IMG/VR virus record: IMGVR_UViG_3300020044_007012
Location: 1 to 54,691 of that record
Strand: one strand, 5' to 3'
From: a virus
Lineage: Duplodnaviria; Caudoviricetes
DNA: 54,691 nt
Shown piece by piece: positions 25,875-34,066 of the stretch. A model generated the notes under the pieces. It was given only the letters and a program-made list of their open reading frames with translations. It was not told the origin of the DNA and did no database searches. Positions within the stretch are counted from its first letter, which is position 1, and each line of letters begins with the position of its first letter. The position numbers were made by a program, and so were the translations under genes.

Positions 25875-26638
25875 GGCATGTCCGGCCAGTAGCGATTGCT
25901 TTTTGATTGGTTGTCGAATGCCGAAATGATCTGAAGATTGGCTTCGCAGTGAAGCCCGGAAACGATGGGGCTTAACAACGGAACAATATGATCAACGTGA
26001 CATTTTTCTCCTGCATCACGTCTGCGCTTGGCCTCTGCGTAAATTGCCTTCATGCAATCTTTGTTTGCCCAAATTGGTTGCGCTTGTTTTGCTTTTGCTG
26101 TTCTAAGCCTTTGATGTTGAGCCGCCGACTCTGGGTTTCTTTTGACCCAAGCGTTCGCAATTTCTTTACGGCGATCAGGGTTTGCATCACGCCATCTTTT
26201 TGATCTGGCGTTTGACTGTTCTTTGTTTTTTGCCTGCCGCTCGCTGGCCGCCTTGTTGAGTTTTTCTCGATGATTTTGATGGTACTCGGCTTTGGCCTGT
26301 TTTAAATACGCGGCGTTTTCAGTTCGCCATCGCTTTTGACACTCTTTGCACCTTGGTTGGTAACCGTTTTTTGATTTATTGAAATGCGAGGGTGGTTTGT
26401 TTGTGAGGCATCCAAAGCATTTAATGCCATCATCAAAAACCCTTGTGTGGGCCGTTACGCATCCACAAGAAACAGGCCTTCCTTTTTTCAACTTTCGTTG
26501 AATGTGGGTGGCTCTTTGGATGACGCTGTTGCCGCAATCGCATTTGTAAGCCCATATTGCGCCGTTGTCGCTTTTGACGTATTCCGACGCCACCAGCCTT
26601 CCAAACCGCTGCCCTGTGATATCAATGGTTTTTGCCAT
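25871..26638 (-). CDS. HNH homing endonuclease with N-terminal Zn-binding DNA-binding modules (255 aa)
   Basis: DITGQRFGRL...CDCG...SCGC, CxxC, HVDHIVPL...GLH..NLQII...N..K.N; more AT-rich than its neighbours. Confidence 0.85.
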   Translation of the reverse strand: MAKTIDITGQRFGRLVASEYVKSDNGAIWAYKCDCGNSVIQRATHIQRKLKKGRPVSCGCVTAHTRVFDDGIKCFGCLTNKPPSHFNKSKNGYQPRCKECQKRWRTENAAYLKQAKAEYHQNHREKLNKAASERQAKNKEQSNARSKRWRDANPDRRKEIANAWVKRNPESAAQHQRLRTAKAKQAQPIWANKDCMKAIYAEAKRRRDAGEKCHVDHIVPLLSPIVSGLHCEANLQIISAFDNQSKSNRYWPDMP

Positions 26639-26649
26639 GGTTGAAATGA

Positions 26650-26748
26650 AAAAACCCAGGTCGGGGCTCTCACCTTTCGGTGTTGGCGGACTGGTAGGCA
26701 CCAGCAGAGTCCCGGCCTGGGCTTGCCTATGAATCCCCGCCAAGGGAC
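26650..26748 (-). ncRNA. Candidate C4-antisense-like RNA / attenuator upstream of the HNH gene
   Basis: TTGGCGG/CCGCCAA complementary pair, long stem gcccagg..ggg/ccc..cctgggt followed by a T-tract, GAAA tetraloop hairpin. Confidence 0.5.
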
Positions 26749-26766
26749 GCAAGCATGTTACCACTA

Positions 26767-27084
26767 TTATCGCTTCCCCGGCTGAATCCACGCCTTCTTG
26801 TCTATGCGGCGCCAGGTGGCTTGCTCGATAGACTTAAGGTCGGCCAAGACCTCACTGCGCACAACCTCCATGCCGTGCAGGTGCAGGTATGCGTCTATCA
26901 CGTTGTGCTTGTTTTTCGCAAACATGAATCGAGGCTTGCGGTGCATGCGAACGCGCAGACGGTAGATGCTGGCGCTGTGGCTGGCGAAGTCGTACCAGGC
27001 CCACAGCAGCACGAAGCCGCCGGGCGTGAAGCGGAAGTTCAGACCCAGGCGCAGGTACTCGCCTTCGCGGGTGTAGTGGATCAT
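26767..27084 (-). CDS. Hypothetical protein (105 aa)
   Basis: GGAGG SD; ATGA overlap. Confidence 0.65.
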   Translation of the reverse strand: MIHYTREGEYLRLGLNFRFTPGGFVLLWAWYDFASHSASIYRLRVRMHRKPRFMFAKNKHNVIDAYLHLHGMEVVRSEVLADLKSIEQATWRRIDKKAWIQPGKR

Positions 27085-27236
27085 TCGTCGTCCTCCCGGT
27101 GATCCTGAATCAGCTGATGCTTCACGATTTCCAGGCAGCCAAGCGCGGTGGGCAGCAGCATGGTCTGTTCGTATTTGTGGACGACGGCCAGAAGCTCGTC
27201 GACCAAGGCTTGGGTGATTGCGCCGTGGTAGTTCAT
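27081..27236 (-). CDS. Hypothetical protein (51 aa, MNYHGAITQALVDELL...)
   Basis: GGAG SD; ATGA overlaps. Confidence 0.6.
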   Translation of the reverse strand: MNYHGAITQALVDELLAVVHKYEQTMLLPTALGCLEIVKHQLIQDHREDDE

Positions 27237-27640
27237 GAGTTGCTCCGGGCGCGGATGGCGGCAGCCGCGTGATAACGGTCTGGCGATGTCTCCGCGATTC
27301 GTGCGCAGGATTTCCGCTCAGCCTCAACAGCCATCTTGCACAAGCCCGCAATCGTCTCAAACGTAGGGCCGTTGCGCAGCACCATCTCGATTGCAACCTC
27401 AAGAGAAACGGTTTGTTCGGATTGCTGGGCTGGATCCGCGTACACCTCCGCCGGATCGATGCGCTTACCGTTTTGACTCCAAGCGCTACCCATAAGGACC
27501 ACGTCGCGCAGCATGTCTTGCGCGAGCTGCTCCGGCATGCTGGGCCCGGTCTCTACGTTGCAACGGGTGCAGCGCAGTCGATCTGTGCCGGGCAGAAAAT
27601 GCCAGTCGTGTTTGCAGGCGGTGTTTTCAGTGCTTACCAT
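27233..27640 (-). CDS. Hypothetical protein with N-terminal C.H.W...CxxC Zn motif (135 aa)
   Basis: In operon; GGAGG SD. Confidence 0.65.
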   Translation of the reverse strand: MVSTENTACKHDWHFLPGTDRLRCTRCNVETGPSMPEQLAQDMLRDVVLMGSAWSQNGKRIDPAEVYADPAQQSEQTVSLEVAIEMVLRNGPTFETIAGLCKMAVEAERKSCARIAETSPDRYHAAAAIRARSNS

Positions 27641-27774
27641 GGTGCCTCCCCGGCTTGCTCACGTTGCTGCTGTTGGTAGGCGCGCAGCTGGCCTGGTGTC
27701 CAAGGGACGGGCCCGGTGGCGGGTGGAAATGGCCACCTGATTGGTGGCTGTGGTTTTTTCTCGGGTTGGCTCAT
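27634..27774 (-). CDS. Hypothetical Pro-rich protein (46 aa)
   Basis: GGAGG SD; fills the gap in the operon. Confidence 0.5.
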   Translation of the reverse strand: MSQPEKKPQPPIRWPFPPATGPVPWTPGQLRAYQQQQREQAGEAPW

Positions 27775-27981
27775 TCAGCCCTCCGTTTTGTGTTTACACC
27801 CCACACACTTGTGATCTGCCTGTCCGAGCGCGGTGTGGGTGTACTGGCACTCGGGCGACATGCGAAACGGGCTGGGCGTCATCTTGGCCACTCGGGTCTG
27901 GCCATCAAGCCACCAGCCGTCTTGCACGGGTAGCATCTTGCGATACTCTGGGCGGTTATAGCAACCGTATTTTTTGCTCAT
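27775..27981 (-). CDS. Hypothetical Cys-containing protein (68 aa)
   Basis: YGC.NR...C.Y...C.GC. Confidence 0.65.
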   Translation of the reverse strand: MSKKYGCYNRPEYRKMLPVQDGWWLDGQTRVAKMTPSPFRMSPECQYTHTALGQADHKCVGCKHKTEG

Positions 27982-28169
27982 GTAATTCGGGCCTGTTTTG
28001 AGCGGTACAAAAAGCAGGTGGGTCCGGGCACACGCTCCAAGAGCCCGCTGCGCACCAGCCTGCCAAGCGAGGCGTTGACCCTGCGCAGGCCGACGCGGGC
28101 GGCAATGTCCCGGGGCAACTCGTAGCGTGTGTGCGAGATCACGGACAGCAGCATCCGGTCGGCCACCAT
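27978..28169 (-). CDS. Small winged-HTH protein (63 aa)
   Basis: DIAARVG...SLGRLVRSGLLER pattern. Confidence 0.55.
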   Translation of the reverse strand: MVADRMLLSVISHTRYELPRDIAARVGLRRVNASLGRLVRSGLLERVPGPTCFLYRSKQARIT

Positions 28170-28435
28170 TACAAGGACCAATCCTTCGCCGAGCGCAATA
28201 TCAGGTCCTCGGCCGTGAGGTTTAAACCCCGGGCCTGGGCGATGGCCAGAATTCGGCCCTGCAGGGCTGATGGCACCGCTCCGTTGCTGCCGCCCTCGTC
28301 TTTGGGCTTGCGCCAGCGCACCACGGAGCTGGGATTTCGCTCCAAAGCGCGGGCAAGTGCGCGCACACCACCGAAGGCGTCGATGCACTTATCGGCTGGC
28401 GTTTCCAGGGCTGGGTCTTTGGTTTCTGCAATCAT
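28169..28435 (-). CDS. Cro/YdaS-like HTH transcription regulator (88 aa)
   Basis: IDAFGGVRALARAL...SSV.RW...G.VP; first gene of the leftward transcription unit. Confidence 0.8.
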   Translation of the reverse strand: MIAETKDPALETPADKCIDAFGGVRALARALERNPSSVVRWRKPKDEGGSNGAVPSALQGRILAIAQARGLNLTAEDLILRSAKDWSL

Positions 28436-28444
28436 GCCGGTAAG

Positions 28445-28546
28445 TGTAGCGTAAAAAGCAACACCCGCCTTAAAATATCTCGTATAAACCCACGCAAACC
28501 ACTTGCAGCCCATTTAAAACAGAGCGATGATGCAGTTATCGCAACA
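28445..28546. promoter_or_regulatory. Divergent control region with two palindromic operators TG(T/A)(A/T)GC-N7-GCAACA
   Basis: 28445-28463 tgtagc-gtaaaaa-gcaaca and 28528-28546 tgatgc-agttatc-gcaaca. Confidence 0.6.
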
Positions 28547-28562
28547 CCAAACGGAGAGCAGC

Positions 28563-28733
28563 ATGACCCTCACACAGGCACTTGACCAGATCGCCAAGCA
28601 GACCCTGGGCTTGGAGACTTTGGAAACCAGAAACAGCGACGGGCTTGATTTTCACGACCTCAACGTCGCATCCATCAAGGCAGCGCTTTTGGCCGCTTAC
28701 CAGGCTGGCCAGCAAAGCAGGAGCGCAGCATGA
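28563..28733 (+). CDS. DUF6900-like small protein (56 aa)
   Basis: LETLETRNSD.LDFHD..V..IK.AL.AAY.AG. Confidence 0.7.
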   Translation: MTLTQALDQIAKQTLGLETLETRNSDGLDFHDLNVASIKAALLAAYQAGQQSRSAA

Positions 28734-28975
28734 ATTACATCCACCCCACCATGCAGCAGGCGCTGCGTTCTTTTGGAGCCCCGATGCAACACTTCACGGT
28801 CAACCCTGCCTTTCCCCACCCTGATAGCGATGGCGAGCCACAGGCTTGGCCGCTGGACGAGGCGATCGCCTACGCTTTGAAGGTTCTTAAGGACCCCAAG
28901 GCAGACCAATTCACTAGAAACTACGCGGCCGGAGAGCTGGACGCGGCTTGGATTAACCACGAGGAGCAAGCATGA
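28730..28975 (+). CDS. Hypothetical protein (81 aa)
   Basis: AGGAG SD; ATGA coupling. Confidence 0.65.
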   Translation: MNYIHPTMQQALRSFGAPMQHFTVNPAFPHPDSDGEPQAWPLDEAIAYALKVLKDPKADQFTRNYAAGELDAAWINHEEQA

Positions 28976-29226
28976 ACACCAAACTTTTGAAAACCGGCCG
29001 CCGCCTTTGGTGCATTGGCCACGCCGACCGCGAGACGCAGCGCACCAACATGCGCAAGTGGGTGCGCAGCCTGCGCCAGCTTGGCAATCGCTGGGTGATG
29101 GCAAAGCAGGAAACCAAGCTGGCCGCGCCGGTGTTGGATGGACAGATCAGCAGCCTGGTGCTGCCATTCCCTTTGCGCACGCCACGCAGCCTGGCGGAAG
29201 CCTATGAAAGCCGGAGGCAGGCATGA
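28972..29226 (+). CDS. Hypothetical protein (84 aa)
   Basis: GAGGAG SD; ATGA coupling. Confidence 0.65.
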   Translation: MNTKLLKTGRRLWCIGHADRETQRTNMRKWVRSLRQLGNRWVMAKQETKLAAPVLDGQISSLVLPFPLRTPRSLAEAYESRRQA

Positions 29227-29606
29227 GCGACGTCGCCGAGCGCCAGACCTACACCTGCACCAGGTGCAACGGCACGGGTCGGTACTCTTTCAACCTGCTG
29301 CACGGCACCACTTGCTTTGGCTGCAAGGGCACAGGCAAGCAAAAAACGCGGCCTGCCAAGCCTTCACCGAAGTGGGCCGTGTTTGGCCAGCACCGCCAGA
29401 CGGGCGAGTGGCTGCGGCTCTATAACGTGGTGGCCAGGTCCAAGCCTGCAGCGATTGCCAAAGCGCAAGCGATGTGGGCCGATGGCAGCCACTACTGGAA
29501 AGACACCTACACGCTGGCCACCGCCCGCGCAATGAAATGGACCGACATGTCCAGCGTTGAGGCGCTGACGTGGGATGAGGCAATTAAGGAGAAAACCGAT
29601 GAATGA
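29223..29606 (+). CDS. Protein with DnaJ-type CxxCxGxG Zn finger (127 aa)
   Basis: CTRCNGTG...CFGCKGTG. Confidence 0.7.
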   Translation: MSDVAERQTYTCTRCNGTGRYSFNLLHGTTCFGCKGTGKQKTRPAKPSPKWAVFGQHRQTGEWLRLYNVVARSKPAAIAKAQAMWADGSHYWKDTYTLATARAMKWTDMSSVEALTWDEAIKEKTDE

Positions 29607-29811
29607 AAACACAGGTGGGCCAGCGTTTCCATCTACCGCCGACAACGAGTACGGGTACCCCGCAAAAGGCATGACCCTGCGCGACTACTTTGCGGCCAAG
29701 GCGATGCAGGGGATGTTGGCGTGCCCAGTGCAGCCACAGTCCGGCGCGGACATGTACGCACGAGACGCCTATTTTGTTGCCGACGCCATGCTGAAAGCGA
29801 GGGAAGCATGA
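29599..29811 (+). CDS. Conserved phage protein (70 aa)
   Basis: GGPAFP...GMTLRDYFAAKAMQG...AY..ADAML.AR motif. Confidence 0.75.
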   Translation: MNENTGGPAFPSTADNEYGYPAKGMTLRDYFAAKAMQGMLACPVQPQSGADMYARDAYFVADAMLKAREA

Positions 29812-30134
29812 AAAAACTTTTATTCATCACGGCGTTGCTGTGTTCGACGGCACACGCACAACCAAGCTCAATCCTGTATTCAGGCCAAGAGCTGTACAAC
29901 AAACTCAACAGTGACCGTCTGTCTGCAATGGGTTACATCGCTGGTGTTGCTGATTCGCAAGCAGGGATAGCGATATGTATTCCTGCTGGACAGGTCACGC
30001 TGGGGCAGATGGCGGACATGGTCAAGCAAACGTTAGAGCGCATACCCTCAGAGCGTCACCTACCGGCTGACATTTTTGTGCAAGCCACATTAGAGAAACG
30101 CTGGCCCTGCGCCAAGAAGGGGGCGGGAATATGA
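29808..30134 (+). CDS. Rap1a/Tai-like secreted immunity-type protein (108 aa)
   Basis: Signal peptide MKKLL...AHA; G..LY...GYI.GVAD...C.P..VT.GQ..D.V...L...P..RH..A...L...WPC. Confidence 0.7.
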   Translation: MKKLLFITALLCSTAHAQPSSILYSGQELYNKLNSDRLSAMGYIAGVADSQAGIAICIPAGQVTLGQMADMVKQTLERIPSERHLPADIFVQATLEKRWPCAKKGAGI

Positions 30135-30310
30135 AAACCTACCCATACCTAGCCGTCGCCATCTGGGCTGCGGCTGCCGCGCTGGTGCTGCTGTACGCAC
30201 CGCGCACCGAAAGCAAGCGCATTGATTGCTCCCAGGCCGAGTTCCATCCGGACTTCACCGCAGACATGAAAGAGCAGTGCCGCCTGGCGCGCTCGGGGAG
30301 GCTGTTGTGA
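30131..30310 (+). CDS. Small membrane-anchored protein (59 aa)
   Basis: TM helix followed by DCS.AEFHPD...C. Confidence 0.6.
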   Translation: MKTYPYLAVAIWAAAAALVLLYAPRTESKRIDCSQAEFHPDFTADMKEQCRLARSGRLL

Positions 30311-30507
30311 AGGTTAAATATAGAAAAGAACTGAAAAACGGCAAGCGTCATGTGTTGGTTGAGCTTGATGCAAATGAAACACTGCTGACCTTCGATGCTG
30401 ATGGGTATTACCGACTCGGCTACCCTTTTGATGAAGTGGTGCGCGGCAATCAGATAACAGAAGCAGACCGTGTTATGTGGTGCGTTCTTGAACAGAAATG
30501 GATTTAA
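30307..30507 (+). CDS. Hypothetical protein (66 aa, GTG start)
   Basis: GGAGG SD; GTGA overlap. Confidence 0.55.
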   Translation: MKVKYRKELKNGKRHVLVELDANETLLTFDADGYYRLGYPFDEVVRGNQITEADRVMWCVLEQKWI

Positions 30508-30509
30508 AC

Positions 30510-31151
30510 ATGACCAAAGACGAAGCATTAGCCTTTGACTTGGCGCTGAAGGCGTTGAAGAAAGCGCGAAGCCGCATCGTAGAAGCCGGTGGCAGCGGCT
30601 GGAAGTTGGAGGCGCAGCAATGTGTCAATGCCATCACCGCCATCAAGCAAGCCCGTTCAGCACCTGTGCAGGAGCGTAAGCCTGTTTGCTGGGATGGTGA
30701 GGACAAGTGCCCAAACCGGCAAGCGTGCTGTGACGCTCAGCACTGCCTCTACACCACCCCACCCGCAGCAGTTGTAAACCAGCAGTTGACTACTGAACCC
30801 GCAACACCTTTGCAAGAGCCGCCACCAGAGTGCCAAACAGAGGCAGAGAAACGTGCTTATGCGTTTGGGTGGTGGAAGGCACTAGAAGCCAACAGAGTAG
30901 CACCTGTGCAGGACATTGGCGTTGAACAAGATGAGCGTGTGTTTGCCCGTATTGAGGCGAGAAAAAACAGAGATGCAGCACACAAAGAGACAGCACAGCG
31001 GCAATGGGTTGGGCTGACGGATGATGAAATACTCAAGCTGGCCTACCCAATTCGCTGGCAAGAGGTCGATGATTTTGAGGCGGACAAGGCAGTCAATTTT
31101 GCCCAAGCCATTGAAGCCAAGCTGCGCGAAAAAAACGGGGGCCAGCCATGA
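30510..31151 (+). CDS. Mosaic hypothetical phage protein
   Basis: TKDEAL..AL.AL start and WVGLTDDEI...FA.AIEAKLREKN end. Confidence 0.65.
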   Translation: MTKDEALAFDLALKALKKARSRIVEAGGSGWKLEAQQCVNAITAIKQARSAPVQERKPVCWDGEDKCPNRQACCDAQHCLYTTPPAAVVNQQLTTEPATPLQEPPPECQTEAEKRAYAFGWWKALEANRVAPVQDIGVEQDERVFARIEARKNRDAAHKETAQRQWVGLTDDEILKLAYPIRWQEVDDFEADKAVNFAQAIEAKLREKNGGQP

Positions 31152-31339
31152 CCCCCCTCCCCTTCGACTACAGCCGCTGCCTGCCCGCCACCGTGTGCGA
31201 CAAATGCCAAAACTGCCGCCGTTGGATGGACCACCCCGAGCAGGTCAACAACCCGCACCGCCAGTCGTTTGTGGCCGCGTCCAGCAGCCGCGACCGGGCG
31301 TGCTGCTACCTTCCGATCAGCTTTTTGGAGGCCTCATGA
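31148..31339 (+). CDS. Cys-rich hypothetical protein (63 aa)
   Basis: ATGA coupling. Confidence 0.6.
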   Translation: MTPLPFDYSRCLPATVCDKCQNCRRWMDHPEQVNNPHRQSFVAASSSRDRACCYLPISFLEAS

Positions 31340-31749
31340 AAGAAGAATGGTTGATGCCCGGATGCTCTGTTCCGGTGGATCCAGAAACAACAAAAGCGCT
31401 GGTGGATGAGATCAAGCGGCTAATCGGTGTTGTCGGCGGCTTGGTATTAAAGCAAGGCCCGGACTACGAGCGCGGCTTCATCGACGGCATGCAAAAGCAG
31501 GCGCAGTCCAGTGTGGACCGGGCGATCAACGCATCGCTGGACCGCATCGGGGACGCCATGGACGAGGTTGCCCACCGGTTTGCCCACCGGTTGGCGCTGG
31601 ACCTGGAATGCGTCCTGGCCAAGTACGACGGCCCCTGGTACGACCAGGCCTGGGAAACGCTCAGCCAGTACCGAGGCGAGATGAACAAACTGCACGAACA
31701 GGTGAGCCCGACGTTTATGGGCGAGCCGCTGATTAAGGACGAAAAATGA
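31336..31749 (+). CDS. Hypothetical protein (137 aa)
   Basis: GGAGG SD before ATG 31336. Confidence 0.6.
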   Translation: MKEEWLMPGCSVPVDPETTKALVDEIKRLIGVVGGLVLKQGPDYERGFIDGMQKQAQSSVDRAINASLDRIGDAMDEVAHRFAHRLALDLECVLAKYDGPWYDQAWETLSQYRGEMNKLHEQVSPTFMGEPLIKDEK

Positions 31750-31928
31750 GTTGGACACTGATTCTGTACATCTACGCAGGAGCGCTTGCAAGTGGCGACA
31801 GCGTAACCCTGATGAATATTCCGAACTTCAAAACGGAGCAACATTGCCAAGCCGCCGGAAATGCTGCAAAACCACTGGTTTCTGGCAGCTCTAAAAATCT
31901 ACGATTTATCTGCATTCGCCAAGAATAA
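31746..31928 (+). CDS. Small secreted/membrane protein (60 aa)
   Basis: Hydrophobic N-terminus; F.....C..A...C pattern. Confidence 0.55.
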   Translation: MSWTLILYIYAGALASGDSVTLMNIPNFKTEQHCQAAGNAAKPLVSGSSKNLRFICIRQE

Positions 31929-31930
31929 CC

Positions 31931-32065
31931 ATGAAACACTGCTCTGAATGCAACCGCGAACGCCTGCCAGAAGGCGGCATTTTCCTGAGCGCCACGCGCT
32001 GGCTGTGCGCCGAGTGCTGGCTGCGGTTTTTAAACGGCCGCCGCTCGGTCAAGGAGGCCGCATGA
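31931..32065 (+). CDS. Small Zn-ribbon protein (44 aa, MKHCSEC...CAEC)
   Basis: Two CxxC pairs; in operon. Confidence 0.55.
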   Translation: MKHCSECNRERLPEGGIFLSATRWLCAECWLRFLNGRRSVKEAA

Positions 32066-32205
32066 TTATTTACCGAGGCCCCGCCAAACCCATCCGACTA
32101 TGGCGCAGGCCCATGATTGACTACGTTGAAGCTGTTGTATTTTTGTCTGTAATTTTGATCGTTGGACTTGATGTTTTCGTTTGGAGAGCGAACATCGTCC
32201 TGTGA
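32062..32205 (+). CDS. Small membrane protein (47 aa)
   Basis: AAGGAGG SD; TM helix. Confidence 0.55.
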   Translation: MIIYRGPAKPIRLWRRPMIDYVEAVVFLSVILIVGLDVFVWRANIVL

Positions 32206-32257
32206 TTTGAAGGCCGGATTTCCCGGCAAATTTAACGGAAGCTGAAAGGAGCGACCT

Positions 32258-32569
32258 ATGAAACACACACCAGGGCCTTGGGAGGCCGATTTTGAAACTT
32301 ACCCGATCATGGTTCGCAGCCAGTCGGAAACGTGGCCGCTTGTTGATGAACTTGGTAACGAAGAAGGCCGCGCTGGTGTATTTATTGCCAACACCGGCGA
32401 CAACAAAGCCAACGCCCGCCTGATCGCCGCAGCGCCTGATCTGCTGGAGGCGCTGGAGGTTATTTTGCGCGACCACATGGCTGTGCATGGGGTCGGCGAT
32501 CTCGAAATGCAGCCAGCGCTTTTCCAAGCTCGCGCCGCCATCACCAAAGCAAAAGGAGAGCAACCATGA
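32258..32569 (+). CDS. Conserved phage protein (103 aa)
   Basis: KHTPGPW...ANARLIAAAPDLLEAL motif. Confidence 0.75.
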   Translation: MKHTPGPWEADFETYPIMVRSQSETWPLVDELGNEEGRAGVFIANTGDNKANARLIAAAPDLLEALEVILRDHMAVHGVGDLEMQPALFQARAAITKAKGEQP

Positions 32570-32847
32570 ACATCATGCTTGGAAATTTGACCGTAGATCA
32601 AATTGAAAAACGTGCGGGTGTCACGTTCAGCAAAGAATTAAAAGCCTTGATGAATGCAACCCACCAACCTTCAGCAACCAACATCGGAGAAGGAGAGTGG
32701 CACTGCTTTGATTTGCCTTTCAATCTGGTGGTTGGAGGCATGCCATTGGCCGTAAAAATACACGACTTTTTAAGAGTCCACAGCAGCGAATTTTTGGAGC
32801 CGCTGCAGATTTCGCTGGCTGCGCCAAAAGCAACGGAGGCAGCATGA
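32566..32847 (+). CDS. Hypothetical protein (93 aa)
   Basis: AAGGAG SD. Confidence 0.65.
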   Translation: MNIMLGNLTVDQIEKRAGVTFSKELKALMNATHQPSATNIGEGEWHCFDLPFNLVVGGMPLAVKIHDFLRVHSSEFLEPLQISLAAPKATEAA

Positions 32848-33056
32848 CCACCATCCACAAAGTAATCTGGTTCACCAGCGGCAGGGGCCTGGTGGGCATC
32901 GTTGAGGCCACGCAGGATGACGGCGAGCACGGGTTTTGGATCGCACCGTGCGACGGCTTCAACGAAGTAATCGACGCCAACATGGTGGCTGCTCACGGGG
33001 CGCGGTTCCCGGATGCGGCCGGAAAAATACTGCTGGGAGAACACCATGGCAACTGA
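32844..33056 (+). CDS. Hypothetical protein (70 aa)
   Basis: GGAGG SD. Confidence 0.65.
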   Translation: MTTIHKVIWFTSGRGLVGIVEATQDDGEHGFWIAPCDGFNEVIDANMVAAHGARFPDAAGKILLGEHHGN

Positions 33057-33999
33057 AATCATCGTCACCGCCAGTCAAGAGCAATGGCTGGAGCTGCGCA
33101 AGAAGGACGTCACATCCACCGAATCGGCATGCTTGTTTGGTGAAAGCCCTTACATGACTCAATTTGACCTCTGGCACCGGAAACGCTCTGGCGTTGTACC
33201 AGAGTTCAAAACAAATGATCGAATGGCTTGGGGAAACCGGCTTGAGGCGGCAATTGCTTATGGCATCGCTGAAGAGCAAGGTTGGGAAGTAAAACCGATG
33301 AAAGAGTATTTCAGGAATCCTGATTTACGCATGGGGTCGAGCTTTGATTTTGTGATTACAAACCTCGGTGAACCCGTGCACCTCGAAATCAAAAATGTGG
33401 ACTATTTGGCTTTTCGGGATGGTTGGCTGGAGCATGATGACGGTTCGATAGAGGCCCCAACCCACATTGAGCTTCAAGTCCAGCACCAGATGGCCGTGTC
33501 TGGCTTTGAGCGCGCATTTATCGGCGCGTTCATCGGCGGCAACCGGGGCGTGGTGATCGAGCGCCTGCGCGATGAGCCGGTGATCGCCGCGATCAAAGCC
33601 AAGGTGGCCGACTTCTGGCGCACGGTGGACGCAGGCGAGGAGCCGGACCCGGTAATGCCAGGCGACGCCGAGGTGCTGATCCGTTTGAACCAGTACGCCA
33701 AGCCGGGCAAGGTTCTGGACGCCAGCAGCGACGATGTGCTGGCCGAGTTGATCGAGCGGTATAAAAAAGCCGCAGCCGACGAGGCCAACGCCAAGGACGA
33801 CAAAGACGTGGCCAAGGCTGAAATCTTCAAGCACATCGGTGACGCTGAAAAGGTACTTACAAGCGAATGGAGTGTGAGCTGCGCGATGCAGGCAGACACC
33901 CCGCCGACCCTGATTACGGCCGACATGGTGGGCAAGTCCTACGGTGGCCGCGCAGGGTTCAGAAATCTTCGCTTATACCCACGCAAACCCACTAAATGA
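33046..33999 (+). CDS. YqaJ-like viral recombinase exonuclease (317 aa)
   Basis: WL..R...TSTE, WG..LE, SSFD, LEIK, QVQHQM motifs; adjacent to recT. Confidence 0.88.
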   Translation: MATEIIVTASQEQWLELRKKDVTSTESACLFGESPYMTQFDLWHRKRSGVVPEFKTNDRMAWGNRLEAAIAYGIAEEQGWEVKPMKEYFRNPDLRMGSSFDFVITNLGEPVHLEIKNVDYLAFRDGWLEHDDGSIEAPTHIELQVQHQMAVSGFERAFIGAFIGGNRGVVIERLRDEPVIAAIKAKVADFWRTVDAGEEPDPVMPGDAEVLIRLNQYAKPGKVLDASSDDVLAELIERYKKAAADEANAKDDKDVAKAEIFKHIGDAEKVLTSEWSVSCAMQADTPPTLITADMVGKSYGGRAGFRNLRLYPRKPTK

Positions 34000-34066
34000 T
34001 GTTAAACTGTTTGGAAACAAGCAACACCGCCACCGGTCGGCCACCGGGTTTTAAGGAGCAACTCAA

